From Macrostomum lignano (Eukaryota): a DNA stretch of 54,814 nt. Positions 42,648-54,814 of this stretch are shown here, in pieces. How positions within the stretch are numbered: position 1 is the stretch's first letter; each line of letters starts with the position of its first letter. The stretch covers positions 1-54,814 of the forward strand of contig NIVC01001428.1 in assembly GCA_002269645.1 (NCBI GenBank). The letters are read 5' to 3'. The notes below the pieces were generated by a model. The model was not told the origin of the DNA. It did no database searches and saw nothing but the letters and a program-made list of their open reading frames with translations. A program made the translations under genes and the position numbers.

Positions 42648-45600
42648 CTTAAATTTGAAGCTTGCATGACGCTTATTAATTTATTAGACAGGTACACTTT
42701 AAATGAAAATTGCTTACTTGGTGGATTTGAGAGGGGCCATGGCCTTTTGGCTTTCCCTTCGCTTCAGTTTCAGCTTAGCTTAAGCAGTTTTTAAGCTTAG
42801 CTTAGACCTAGCTATGTTATGGCCAAAAATTTGCCATCAAAGGGACATAGGAAGTAGGTATAGATTGTAACAATTATACCTAGCTAGGACACAATCTAAA
42901 TTGTGTAGAAGCAAAAATTTTGTAGGCAAACATTGTTAAGCATGCCCTCAATCCTTCATGTCATGCTTAGGCAAACATCTTGGTCTTAAAGCAGGTCTTT
43001 TAGGCACTTGATATTAATCTTTACTATTTATTTATCAGCCTAGGCCTAGGGCCCTAGGCCCCTATGCACTCTAAAAAATAAAGACAAGTTATAAAATATG
43101 AGGCCTAGTTGAAGAAAAGTTTTACTTTAAGCTTAGTAATTTTTTGGTGTAGCTAGGCTCTACCCTTAAATATGCATGCTAAATTCAAAATAGTGCCAAA
43201 CCATACTCCAGGGTAAATCTCAAACACAGAAGTAAAAAAATTGACAAAAAATAAAAGTTCTGTGGCATGCAAAATAATGCTTTACCTCTGAAGATTAAAC
43301 AATAATATAATAATTTTTCTACTTAAAACCACAAGTAGGCCTGAATTTCAAGAAAGAATGCTGTTTGTTTTTTCGAAGGGTATTCTGACAACGATTAATA
43401 CCGAAGATAAACTGTTTGTTTATTTAACATACAAAATTGTAGTTTTTGTTTTTTAGAGTTAAATTTCTATTGGTTTGTAGTATACACAAAATATTCTTTG
43501 TTTTTAAGAAACATTTTGTTATAAATTGAGGCTGTTTATAGTTACTTAATTTAACGTGCTAAGAATCTGCCTGATTTAATATAAACGGAATATACGGTAC
43601 CTAAACCATTTTTTATATATATATCGACAACATATCCCGTTGACGGACTGATAACGAACGGAGTTTATTATTGATGGCAATGAAACGACGCCAATTGGTT
43701 TATTTATCTTTACTAAAATTTAATATGGCGAAACCTACAAATTCTGTAATATTCAGACTGACACCGATGGATCATGGATCTAGTATTCAACTTGAACATA
43801 TTTTAATTAAGCAAATGTATTGAATTTTCTTTAAATTACACGTTTGTCTCTTTAATTCAACTGAATCAAGTTTTGCAACTATCAAATTGCAAGCCATACC
43901 ACAAAAATAACACCAATACTTTCCCTTAATTTCTTGACAAAGAACTCAAAGCTGCTGTTCTCTCATACTGCTAAAAAGCTAGAAGTTAAAAAATATACTT
44001 ATACATTTTACTTTTGAAGTTTTGACTAAGGTTTCCATCACTGATCAAATATATCGTCTGTAGAATGTAGATGTTTGTTTGTAAATTAAAGCAAAACAAA
44101 AAATTGCATGTATATTTCCCATTTCTACTTTAAAATGTGCAAGAAAAAACAGACTGAAACAGATACTTGAACTGCACTGGACTTATATAAAGAAGTGCAG
44201 ACCATAAAAATGCAATGAAATTAAAAGCGTACAGTTACTCGCACTGGGAAAATGTACAACAGTAAATAAAAGCCAAAAAGATACTGGCAAAAAGAAAAAA
44301 AAAACAGAAAACTTACAGACTGAAAAATACTATATAAAGCAGATATGGCACTGAAAACTAAGAAAAATGTAAATGGCAAATGGCAAATGTTAAACTGGAA
44401 ACTAAAACATATATATATGCTGAGAGAAAGGTAATACAGTATGCTAAGAGAAAGCAACAGATGTACAGGCCAGGATAAGATGCAACTGACAGTACAAATA
44501 CAGTATATAGGATTTCAAACTCTTACATAGATGTGTTAGTTTTTATGCCCAACACTGTAACTACACAGTGCACATGTGAAACAATGTGCATGTGTGGCAT
44601 TTGGCATTGGCCCAGCCCAGCAATTCTTTCTACCCTCATGACTGCTATGCCATCATGGCCAACACTCCCTTCTTGCACTGTACTATAGAGATACATATAA
44701 ATATATTCTATTATCATGCAATATCCACTTTTATTCCAGACAAGAAATGAATTTTGAAGTAAATTTGTGTATTGTAGAAAATAGAAACCATATAAGAATG
44801 AGGTATTATCATCTTAATGTTATCTGGTATCAATTTAAAGAAAATAACTGTAGTAATTTTAGGAATGTCTACATTGAAAATTGCCAAAATTTGCAAATAG
44901 ACAGATAGACTCTCACTTTGTATTTTTGTAAATGAATACCAAGATAGCAGAGTACAATTGAAAATGACTAAATAGAAATAATAGATATGGCATTCAAATT
45001 GCAAGGTAAACATATACTGCTACACACAGATATTGAGATATAAATACAAATAGAAGTAGATAGATTGTGCTTCCTAATTATGAGTAAAAAGGCTTTCTAA
45101 GGTGTCATTAAATACAATAAAAGTATGCAATACCAGGATTCTTTTTGCTTTCTCCTAACCATGCAAACTGTTTCTAAGGGTTCCTGTTCCTGCCATACCT
45201 ATTGTCTTTTGCTAGCCCAAATAGGCATTCAAATATGATAACATTGGAGGAATATATTAAATACATTGGCAAAAACAAATTAGAATATTTATATGGATTA
45301 CCAAACATTAGAGCTCAAAATATACACATAAGATCAAAATTGAATATCATTACAAGCGAATTCATCAAAGATTTTCATACAAAAATAAACAAACTGCTTA
45401 CTTAAGTATGTTAGTTGGCTATAAATGGTAAAAACCCATATAATGAACTTAATAAGGTCTATACTTCTTTAGTAAAATCACAAGAACATGCAATAAAAAA
45501 CTACTCTTTGTTTAGTATTTTTCTACATAATAACAAGTTTTGGGAACATTTACATGCTTATGAGCTGAGTAAACTTACACCTTACAGGAAATTTTGTGCT

Positions 45601-46408
45601 CATGAAAAAAGTCAAAATGTAACATCAATAGGCATAAGTAAGTAACAATGCATTGACAGTCGCAGATAAAACAAAATAACAATATTTAAAATGTCTCTGA
45701 AAGAATGAATCACTAAAGATCAAAATGTTTGGCGTTGTTTATCAGAAAACCTACACCTTACAGGAATTTTTCAACAGTAGACAAGTGTCATGCAATTAAG
45801 ACAGGGCTAAATAAGTTCATAAATATTGAAAACACAGCCGTAAAATATCCACAAGCTCACAGATAAAGGTTTTCCCCTATATTTTCAGTCATTGTCCCAT
45901 AGACAAAAATAGTACACGTACACAAAAGAGCGTTATGAAACAAAAAAACGTACTTAAAGTACAAGTCAGAAAAATACGTTTTCGGTCGCTATCGCCACGA
46001 TAAAAGCATAAGCTCTGGCTAAAAGTTTAAAGACACATTTTTCAATCAGTTTTTTATAAATAAAAGTTAAATTTATGTACAAATACTTCTGGTTTAACAA
46101 TTAAATTCATGCTGAAAGAAAAAATTTGTTTATAACTTACGTATATTTCAATTTGAGATTTACCCTCCATAGTTCAAATCATATATTAATGTATGCCACA
46201 GTCCAATCAGTGGGGAAAAGCATGCTTTTGTTTGTATGCTAGGACTAAAAATATGTCATTAAGAGTGTTTGTGTTTCTACTATATTTGTATCATCATGTA
46301 GGCTTATACTAGGATGTTTATTAAAGTAATGTATATTGAAAATTGCTAATACCTCTATTGTAACTTGTATGCCAGGAAATCCTAGCATACATGATATATG
46401 TCAATTGC

Positions 46409-47264
46409 GGTTCCTGGACACTTTGTCATCTTACCAGTTCGTCATCCAGATGATGAAGTGACCATGGTTTTTGGACACTTCATCATACAAAAAAATTGTT
46501 AGAAATCTAGATGACGAAGTGACCAAATTTTAAGGACACTTCGTCATCGCAAGATTTCGCAAAGCTGTAAAATTGTTATTCGATTGTTTTTTATATATGT
46601 AAATTGTTTCTCAATCAATAGTATGTAAAATATATGATTAAATACACGTTTAGGGATTCAACTTCTTGCTATAATTGGCATCTAAATGCACGCTATATGT
46701 GTACAAGTGTTGATTGTAATTTTATTATAGCTTTGCTTCCACAACCATGTGTGGAGTTGTAACAATGTAGATTTAATTATGTTTATGAATAGTGTATTTT
46801 TTAGTATTTATTATTATTTATTTTTTAAATTGTATTTAATTTTGCTATTCAGGTATGCAAATTTACAATTCATTATTATTTTTGTTTCATTGTATGATTA
46901 CAAGATTTTGTATGGTATTCAAAACCGCGAGTAGAATTTAATTTTGTACTGATCGCGATATCTTCTCTTCTCCAGCTCTTCCCCTGTCGTAGTTAATCCA
47001 CATTAATTATCAGTTAGTTAATCAATTAGTTAATACTCAGTGTAGCCACCTATATTTATGACTACTCAATACAACTTAGCTGACAAAGTTACATATAGCT
47101 ATTCATTCAATAAGTTTTTCAGACAAAGTGGATGACGAAGTGTCCAGGGAGTAGATGACGATGTGTCCACAATAGTATCGTAGATGACAAAGTGGTAAGA
47201 TGACGAAGTGTCTAGAAATATGAGTGGATGACGAAGTAGTAAGATGACGAAGTGTCCAGGAACC
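46409..47264. mobile_element. Non-autonomous TIR element with 9-bp TSD (Mutator/Merlin-like)
   Basis: About 40-bp TIR GGTTCCTGGACACTT(T/C)GTCATCTTAC and perfect TSD GTCAATTGC (46400-46408, 47265-47273). GATGACGAAGT subterminal repeats. Confidence 0.8.
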
Positions 47265-49419
47265 GTCAATTGCTTTCTAAACTATAAATAGGCCTACCAA
47301 ACAATGTAGTATTAGGGATATATCCAAAAGTTTCATTTTCAGGATAAGAGGGCTAGTTGGGGCCTAATAAAAACTAAAGGGGCAATTATAATACTATCAA
47401 AGAGTAGAAAAAAAGAAAGATAAGAGAGCAAAGATAAGACAGAAAAGATGAAGGAATATTGACAAGAGAATGGAGAGAGAAAAGATAGGGAAAAAAATAC
47501 ATAAGAAAAAGAAAATAGAAGAAACAAAAAAGAAGATATAAGTTTCAAAGGATCTAAGAAGAATAAAGCAAGGTAGAGACAAAGGCCAGAGCACCTAGTC
47601 AACAAGATCAATGCTTGCTTCTAATCTTAATTTTATACAATTTATTCTATTTATATTCATCTCTATCCTAATGATTAGGCCCTAAGGCCTAACAAGTTTT
47701 TGTTTGAGTATGACTTCAAATTTAATAGTAAACTATTGTTTCTAAAATTAAAATTGTTAAAAAGAAAAAAAGGGTTTTTCAAATTCTTTTTTAAAAAATC
47801 CAAAGTAGGCCTTAAAATAGTAGAGAACCTATGGCCTAACAGGCCCTCCGTGACCCTCCCTTAGTTGCATCACTGGGTAGCAAAGGCTTAATTCAATTCT
47901 AATATTAACATGCTTTATTTAATTAATAAAAGAATAAATATATTTTATTTGTTACAAATGATCATTGACATTAATATTAGGCCTAGTCAGCTCTATAAGG
48001 TTCTTAATAGAGGAAACTAATTGTAAATTGATACATGGCAAGATATAGAGGCAATGGTTCTTAATCATTTTGCCATTTGTCATTTTATTATCTAGGGCAG
48101 GGGTCCTTTAGCCCTTAGGTCCTTTGAAACTTTATAGTAGCAATCTGGCCTAATTTAGGTTTATGTCTCTTCTCTTTTCTTTTCTCTTATCCCATTTATT
48201 TTTCCCTTTTCCTTTCTCTTTTTTTCTGTCTTCTTCTCTTTTGTCCTTTCTTTTCCTATCCTCTTTTTTCTTTTATCCTTTCTTTTTTCTCTCCTTTCTT
48301 ATATTCTACTTTTTCCTCTCTTATTTTATTCTTTCTTATCCTTTTCTTTCTTCTCTCTTGTCTTCTCCTCCTTTGTTTTAGTCACTTTGTTATCTTAAGT
48401 AGCATATACTAACCTAACTGAGGAAGTATTTTCATTATCTACTAAGCATGTCTATTCTAAGCAAATTATAGTCAGAAAAATTATAAATGAAGTAAAAGTT
48501 TGAAATGTTTAGATTTTGGATAAAAATTTTAATATTCGAGACTTGATATCCATTTTTTAATATTAGTGACTTTCTCACTAGAAGATTATTACAGTGTCTA
48601 AATTTCTAGTTAAATAGCTTTGTATATATTGTTATCTATATTCAATGCAATTTTATTTATTATTAATGGCTACTTTGCTCCTTGTCACTTCATTATATAA
48701 TATGATAAAATAGAATATAATAATCTAACTAGCAACCATGACAAGTTTAGCATATTGTATTTTGAAAATTGTATTCTTTTGTTATAGTTTAGTTCTAGTT
48801 ATATATTGATAAGTTAAACCATCTCATATGTAGTATTTTTCAACTGGCCAAATATGTGTATAATAATATAGGTCTTTTTCTATTAAGCATCATTTCTTAT
48901 AGATTTCACATTTGATATAGATTGTGCCCCCTATAGACACACTTCCATAGTCAGGAAACTTATCTTTGTTAAAATAGGAAAAACTATCCCCATTCTTAAA
49001 AGGATAAAAATGCTTTTATAAAGTTGGCCTTATCTGGATTTGCTATTGATAACACAGAATATTAAACAATAAAGTCAATAATATGGCATTCAGAAATTGA
49101 AACTATGCAATTAGTCTTAATTGCTTTAGCCTTATATTATTAAATATTAAATTGTCAGAGTATAGTTGATTTGAAACTTTAAAAAAAAGGTAATGAAAAA
49201 TTTCATAAATATGATTCACTATATTATTTTTTGACATAATAGGAGTTAAATAAAGTTTTTTTATGCAAACAGAGCATTCAAGAATAAACTGAAGCATATT
49301 TTTGCCTTAAGGCAGTTATTTGCATTTGGAATTTGTCATGTCTTTGATGCATTTTGTTTGAGTTATATTATAGAACTATGGAAAAATATTGACTTTCAGC
49401 ATTCACATCTGTGCACAGA

Positions 49420-49500
49420 ATGGCAGAAAGCAATGACCAACCAGTTCCCAAAACGGAATTGGAAGAAATTCAACTTCTAATGAATCAAAAAACTGATGAG
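49420..49500 (+). CDS. Snap25: SNAP-25-family first coding exon (partial gene)
   Basis: MAESNDQPVPKTELEEIQLLMNQKTDE followed by a GTATGT donor. It resembles invertebrate SNAP-25 (VPKTELEE..ADE), and the intron falls after D-E as in SNAP-25 genes. Downstream exons were not found in the window. Confidence 0.72.
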
Positions 49501-50305
49501 GTATGTTTTATTAACAGTTTCAGTTTTATTGCACTTCTAGGTAGTACAAAATTTTTAGCATTCAAAGCACTGTTTTTTAGGTATGCTACTTACCAGTAGA
49601 GTGATCAGTGTATATACTTGTTTTATAGATTGCATAGTCTACTGGCCATGCCTGGTAAGTGCATATTGGCTTGTAAGTTAATGCTAGATCTATTTACAGT
49701 TGATCTGTGATCAGTTCTTTCAGTTATTATTTTTGTTTTTTAATTGAATTTTTATTTCGTCTAAAGGAAGTATTTTACATTTTTCTATCATTTTTTTCTT
49801 TACTTTACTTACTTCACCTTTCTTTTCTTGGTTGTTATTGACGATTGCTGTGCCCTTTAAGCTGATTTTTTATATCCTTAATCAGCTGATTTTGTTGCTT
49901 GAGTGCCATTCAATAGTTCAGCATTGCTGAAAGATCTGGACGCGAAGGTCGTACAGTCTTGGAAAGCTTTTAGCATGGGCCACTTAGATATTACTGCTTC
50001 TCTACTTTGAGTTCAGTAGTAATGAAGAATGTGTAAGCTATTTCATGAAAAGAAAGACAGTTTGGGATGTCTGCACTTTTAGATGTCTATCTAACACACC
50101 CAAATATGTCTATGGCCTAACACACCCAAGCATGTCTATGGCCTAGACAGAGCTTTGACTTTGAGTTGTTCCTCCGCCCTCTTACTCCCCAAAAAGGTAG
50201 TTAAATTGTTTTGGAAACAATTAACAATAGTACATCTGCGCGTTGAACTATCGTGGTTTTGGGTTATTAATGATTGCTAGCAACCATAATAATTATAATA
50301 ATTAA

Positions 50306-51230
50306 TATAGGATTTTTCGTTTGATTTCATGAAATTGTCATTTGATTTCGTCCATAGAAGTTGGCAGCGCGGCCATAGAGTCTATGGCAATAAAGTGCGC
50401 TGTTTTCCGATTGAATTCATGACTTTGCCACTTCATTTCGACTTGACGCGCGGAGTGGCTCAAACACTGCCAGAGGGGGCTGGGATATCAGTGGGTGAAT
50501 ATCTATGGCCAAACCTCTCATAGAAATGAAAAGCCTATATGAACGTGTCCTCTTGGGCAAGAGTCACCTTCCTTGTGTGCCTAAAAATGGCTGCATACGC
50601 GTCCATTGGAAACGTATAAACGCGGCCAATCGTATTCAACTGTGAACTAACTCTGCCACCGTACTCTCCATTTCTTAACGCCGCGGAGCAGGCACACAGT
50701 TGTCTCAAGGCTTCGCTTAAACGCCAGCTAGCAACACCTGAGCTTCAACAGGAACTTAGCTATCCGCCTGATGGCATCAACCTAACGCAGTGGAGACTCA
50801 TGATGCTTTTCCGCTGCGGCTACGTTGCACTAGAGGAAATTTCCGCCGCGAAGTTCTTGCCTGGGAACGACATGTGATGCGGTTTCTGCCCCTGTGCATC
50901 AATGAGCAGCAGATAATGTGAAATTTGTAGCTTGTTGCAGCGAACGAGCATTAACTTTGGCGGACATAACTGATTTCACTGATTGCAACTGCCTACTTCC
51001 TCATGTGACTTAAATACACAGCTTTCTGTTTTTAACAGTTCTTTCTGTACTGGACAAGCGCATCGACTTTTCTGTTGCCTTTCTACTGGGTATGTCGAAA
51101 TGAAGTGGCAAAGTTATGAATTCAATTGGAAAACAGCGCACTTTATTGCCATAGACTCTATGGCCGCGCTGCCAACTTCTATGGACGAAATCAAATGACA
51201 ATTTTATGAAATCAAACGAAAAATCCTATA
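50306..51230. mobile_element. Non-autonomous element with about 135-bp TIRs and TA ends
   Basis: TATAGGATTTTTCGTTTGATTTCAT..CATTTCGAC is inverted at 51095-51230. Confidence 0.85.
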
Positions 51231-52297
51231 ATTGATTACACGTGCCCTAATGGGCAGATGTGCAACCGACAGCTCAGCCGCAGCTATTGCGCGGCGCATC
51301 TGAAGGCTGCGTACGGCTGTAGCAACCATGCATGTAGGCAAAAGTGCGTGCTTCTTCGAAAGCAGAAATTGAAGCGACTCGCCGCTTGTCGGCTAAACAC
51401 TTAGCAAGGCCCATCTTTCTGACTTCTTCCGCAGGCGATTAGCTCTGCAGCATCTGCTTCTGCAAAGCCTTAAGCGCCTGAGCTCCCCGTGGATTTAGGA
51501 CAGGGCCTCTTTATATAAATAGTCGCCTCTGGCTAGCAACTGAATGTCATGCAAAAATTCGAGCAGTTATCATCCCATTGGATAGATAGGGGGTGCGGGA
51601 AGTTGTGGCCCGCCTGGCTTCGCTGAGTTCGCGCGTGCTGATGTGTGCGTTTTTTATTACACTCATTTGAGAGGCTTCGTGTGGCCTTGATTGGGTTAAT
51701 TTCCTGCTGGCTGACACTGGCAAATCAGACTCATTCTCTTCCTCTTGGCTATCTCACTGCTGCTGCTTATGCCTCTGGCCGCCTGCGCTGTCCCATCAAA
51801 TCAAATATCCAACGATGGAGCAGACAGGCGGGAAGCACAGACAGGCGGCTGTCTTGCGTCCCCCGCCGCCGCTGCCGAAGCTTCCGCTTGCCTTGCTCGG
51901 ATTCTGCCTGCCTCCCTTGTCCAGTCGAGGAAAGGAAAGGAAATGAGAGAGATGAGAAGCTCGGGGTACCGGTCAGCTCTGAGTTTGTCCATCGGGCCTA
52001 ACGATTGCTTCGCTTAACAACTTTATTATTGTTGTTGTACCCGTTATAGTCTGGTCTGTATGTACGGTCACCATTGAGTATCTTTTGAGTATCGGCATCC
52101 AGTAGAAGTTCAATTAGACATGATTTTCCTTAAACAAAGCCCATAAATTTCATGAAACCTAGCATAGATATGAACAGACTGAACTGCTAATGTAGCTACC
52201 GGGTTTGACTTTATTAATTAAAATCTTTTTAAACTGAGGCAGATTTAACGAAAAGGAATTAAAATAAAAGATTCACCATGTCAACTATAAAAAGCCT

Positions 52298-52745
52298 CAT
52301 GTCAGCCATAAAACAATCGCCATGTCAGCCATAAAACAATCGCCATGTCAACCATAAAACAATCGCCATGTCAGCCATAAAACAATCGCCATGTCAGCCA
52401 TAAAACAATCGCCATGTCAGCCATAAAACAATCGCCATATCAGCCATAAAACAATCGCCATATCAGCCATAAAACAATCGCCATGTCAGCCATAAAACAA
52501 TCGCCATGTCAGCCATAAAACAATCGCCATATCAGCCATAAAACAATCGCCATGTCAGCCATAAAACAATCGCCATGTCAGCCATAAAACAATCGCCATG
52601 TCAGCCATAAACAATCGCCATATCAGCCATAAAACAATCGCCATGTCAGCCATAAAACAATCGCCATGTCAGCCATAAAACAATCGCCATGTCAGCCATA
52701 AAACAATCGCCATATCAGCCATAAAACAATCGCCATGTCAACCAT
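52298..52745. repeat. 23-bp minisatellite, about 19-20 copies
   Basis: CATGTCAGCCATAAAACAATCGC head to tail with no spacers. Confidence 0.95.
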
Positions 52746-53865
52746 CAAAGAATCGTCTTTTTGGCTTTTTAGCTTTTTCTTTTGTACACCATTTTCGTTA
52801 AGAAACTAACAATAACTGCTGTACCAAATCACCAAAAAACATCAAGCTCGGCCGAACCCTAATGTGCTGTGTGGCTATCGGTGCGTGGCTTTGGAAGTTG
52901 GGACTCTGCAGACTCCAGCTCTGAATTCGTTTAACGGTTTAACTTAACTTTCATTTTTACAATCTCCTCGCCTGAGCTTTATTGATCCGCTGAGCGTGTG
53001 CGGAAGTGGCAAAGGTAGCCGTCTGCCGCCTCCCTTTCTCAATTTCCTCTGCTGAATGTCTCAGACTGTGCTGGGTGTTACACGCTAGAAAATTAAACCC
53101 CACGGCATAGTGCATGCACGGAGCAACGGGCTTCTAGTTGTAAAAAATCGACTTTTCTCTCTTCCCTGGCTGATGCTGATGAAGCTTTAGCTGAGGAGGC
53201 TAAAGGTTGGGTGGATCCGCCGTGGGCAAGTGGCAAGCTGCTAGTTGTCAGGCATGCGACCTTGAGACCTAGAGCAGTTATCCTCCCCTTCTGCAGCTCC
53301 AGCTGGACTACTTTTCCGTCCCAGTCTCCAACCCCCACACTCCATCCTTTCCATTTCTGCCTTGACTATTAGTGCGAGCCGGCTGCTGCTGCTGCAACTA
53401 CTTGCTTACTTTGAAAGAGAAGAAGAGGAATTGTCGGCAGAGCCATTCAGCCTACCGCAGTTATCCCACCTCAGTGGCCCGCCGTCTCAGCCACAGTGTC
53501 TATGGCTCGGGGTCTGCCTCGCATTGAGCCGTCCTAATTCTCCCCAATCCCAGTCTGCCTGTAGAAAACTCGCCCTCTCAACTCCCCCGCTCCAGCCTCA
53601 GGCTGAGCCTGGCGGGCTATGCAAACTCTTTCCCCGAGCCTGCCAGCCAACCCGCGGGCTCGGCTCCCAGTTATTCCTGGCACTCCTCCCCTGTCTCTCT
53701 GTCTACCCGGTTACTATCGACCGGGCTTGAAATAAAAGTGACAATACTAGGATATGAATGAGACGGCAGGTCGGAGCGGCTCCGTGGGTGTCTGTTTATC
53801 CCAGTGAGCCCATCAGTTTTCCCGGTAACTCCGTCTGAATAAAAATAATTGTCGAGGCGCCCAGG

Positions 53866-53988
53866 ATGTCTAATCGGCGAAACCAGCCCGCTGATGTCGG
53901 GGGCGTCCATCTGGACGAGAATGGCGAGCCGCGTCCGCTCACCGAGGCCGAGGAGCTCATGATGGAGATCGACCGGGCTCAGAACGAA
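53866..53988 (+). CDS. Second SNAP-25-like N-terminal exon (candidate alternative first coding exon)
   Basis: CCCAG|G-ATG, MSNRRNQPADVGGVHLDENGEPRPLTEAEELMMEIDRAQNE, then a GTGCGT phase-0 donor. The last 18 aa align without gaps to the end of the 49420 exon. Confidence 0.5.
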
Positions 53989-54327
53989 GTGCGTTTCATT
54001 GCTCATTTGCACCTCCCCCCGCCAATCGGAATCCTCCTTTGACAGCCGTCTTTGTCCCCCTTCCTGCCAGGGGGTTACTGCTCAGTTCTCATTGCTTAAT
54101 TATTGTATGAACTTCCGCATTTCCAGCTTCTCTCCATTTCCACGATTAAATGAACTTCTATTGGAGAGAAAGGCTCTGCGCGAGTTTGAAGGGATTAGGC
54201 TTGACAAAGCAGCGCAGAGGAGACAGGCAGTGAAGTGCAGTCGGACGGATTGGTGGGAAGAATAACCGGGCTAAGACATTGCAGACAGAAAAACAGACTG
54301 ACTGAAAAAACAGACTAGCAGATAGGT

Positions 54328-54329
<2 letters not shown>

Positions 54330-54374
<45 letters not shown>

Positions 54375-54814
54375 TAGACAGACAGGCAGGCAGGTTAGCA
54401 GACAGACAGGCAGACAGGTTGGCAGACAGGCAGGTTGACAGACAGGCAGGTTGGAAAGACAGGCAGACAGTTAGGCAGACAGTTAAACAGGCAGGTTGGC
54501 AGACAGGCAGATAGTTAGACAGGCAGGTTGGCAGACAGGCAGACAGTTAGACAGGCAGGTTGGCAGACAGGCAGACAGTTAAACAGGCAGGTTGGCAGAC
54601 AGGCAGCAGACAGTTAAACAGGCAGGTTGGCAGACAGGCAGACAGTTAGAGGCAGGCGGTTGGCAGACAGGCAGGCAGACAGTTAAACAGGCAGGTTGGC
54701 AGACAGGCAGGCAGACAGTTAGACAGGCAGGTTGGCAGACAGGCAGGTTGGCAGACAGGCAGGTTGGCAGACAGGCAGGTTGGCAGACAGGCAGGTTGGC
54801 AGACAGGCAGGTTG
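54330..54814. repeat. (AGAC)n grading into a GGCAGACAGGCAGGTT compound minisatellite (runs off the window)
   Basis: Directly visible. Confidence 0.95.

Noticed and set aside
44221-48381. Hydrophobic F/L/S-rich ORFs as membrane proteins
   Set aside because: Translations of pyrimidine-skewed low-complexity DNA.
49950-49975. TCTTGGAAAGC as the next SNAP-25 exon (SLES..)
   Set aside because: Reads VLESF-stop with no TRRM; not the expected exon.
52298-52745. 23-bp repeats as a CRISPR array
   Set aside because: Head-to-tail repeats with no unique spacers, eukaryotic context and no cas genes.

Overview
Invertebrate animal genomic DNA with spliceosomal introns and a high repeat load. The species cannot be fixed from the sequence; a free-living flatworm such as Macrostomum is only a guess. 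Left third (3.3-22.3 kb): a tandem array of four nicotinic-acetylcholine-receptor-like Cys-loop channel genes, reconstructed exon by exon. Two are intact, one has a frameshift and one has a nonsense codon. They keep a cation-type pore but lack the loop B Trp and loop C vicinal cysteines needed for canonical ACh binding. Middle: a LINE fragment, SINE(s), a Penelope-like GIY-YIG fragment with a hammerhead ribozyme, and a complete, very young 10.1-kb Ty3/gypsy LTR retrotransposon (28477-38566). This element has a tRNA-Lys PBS, gag, a -1-frame pol with a 10-aa repeat spacer and, in the env position, an intact ORF starting with a DnaJ/Hsp40 J-domain (HPD motif). The J-domain ORF is the most novel-looking feature. 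Right: an intact mariner, several non-autonomous TIR elements, an AT-rich island, two SNAP-25-like N-terminal exons and minisatellites. All calls were made by eye from the sequence and ORF track; no database searches were run.
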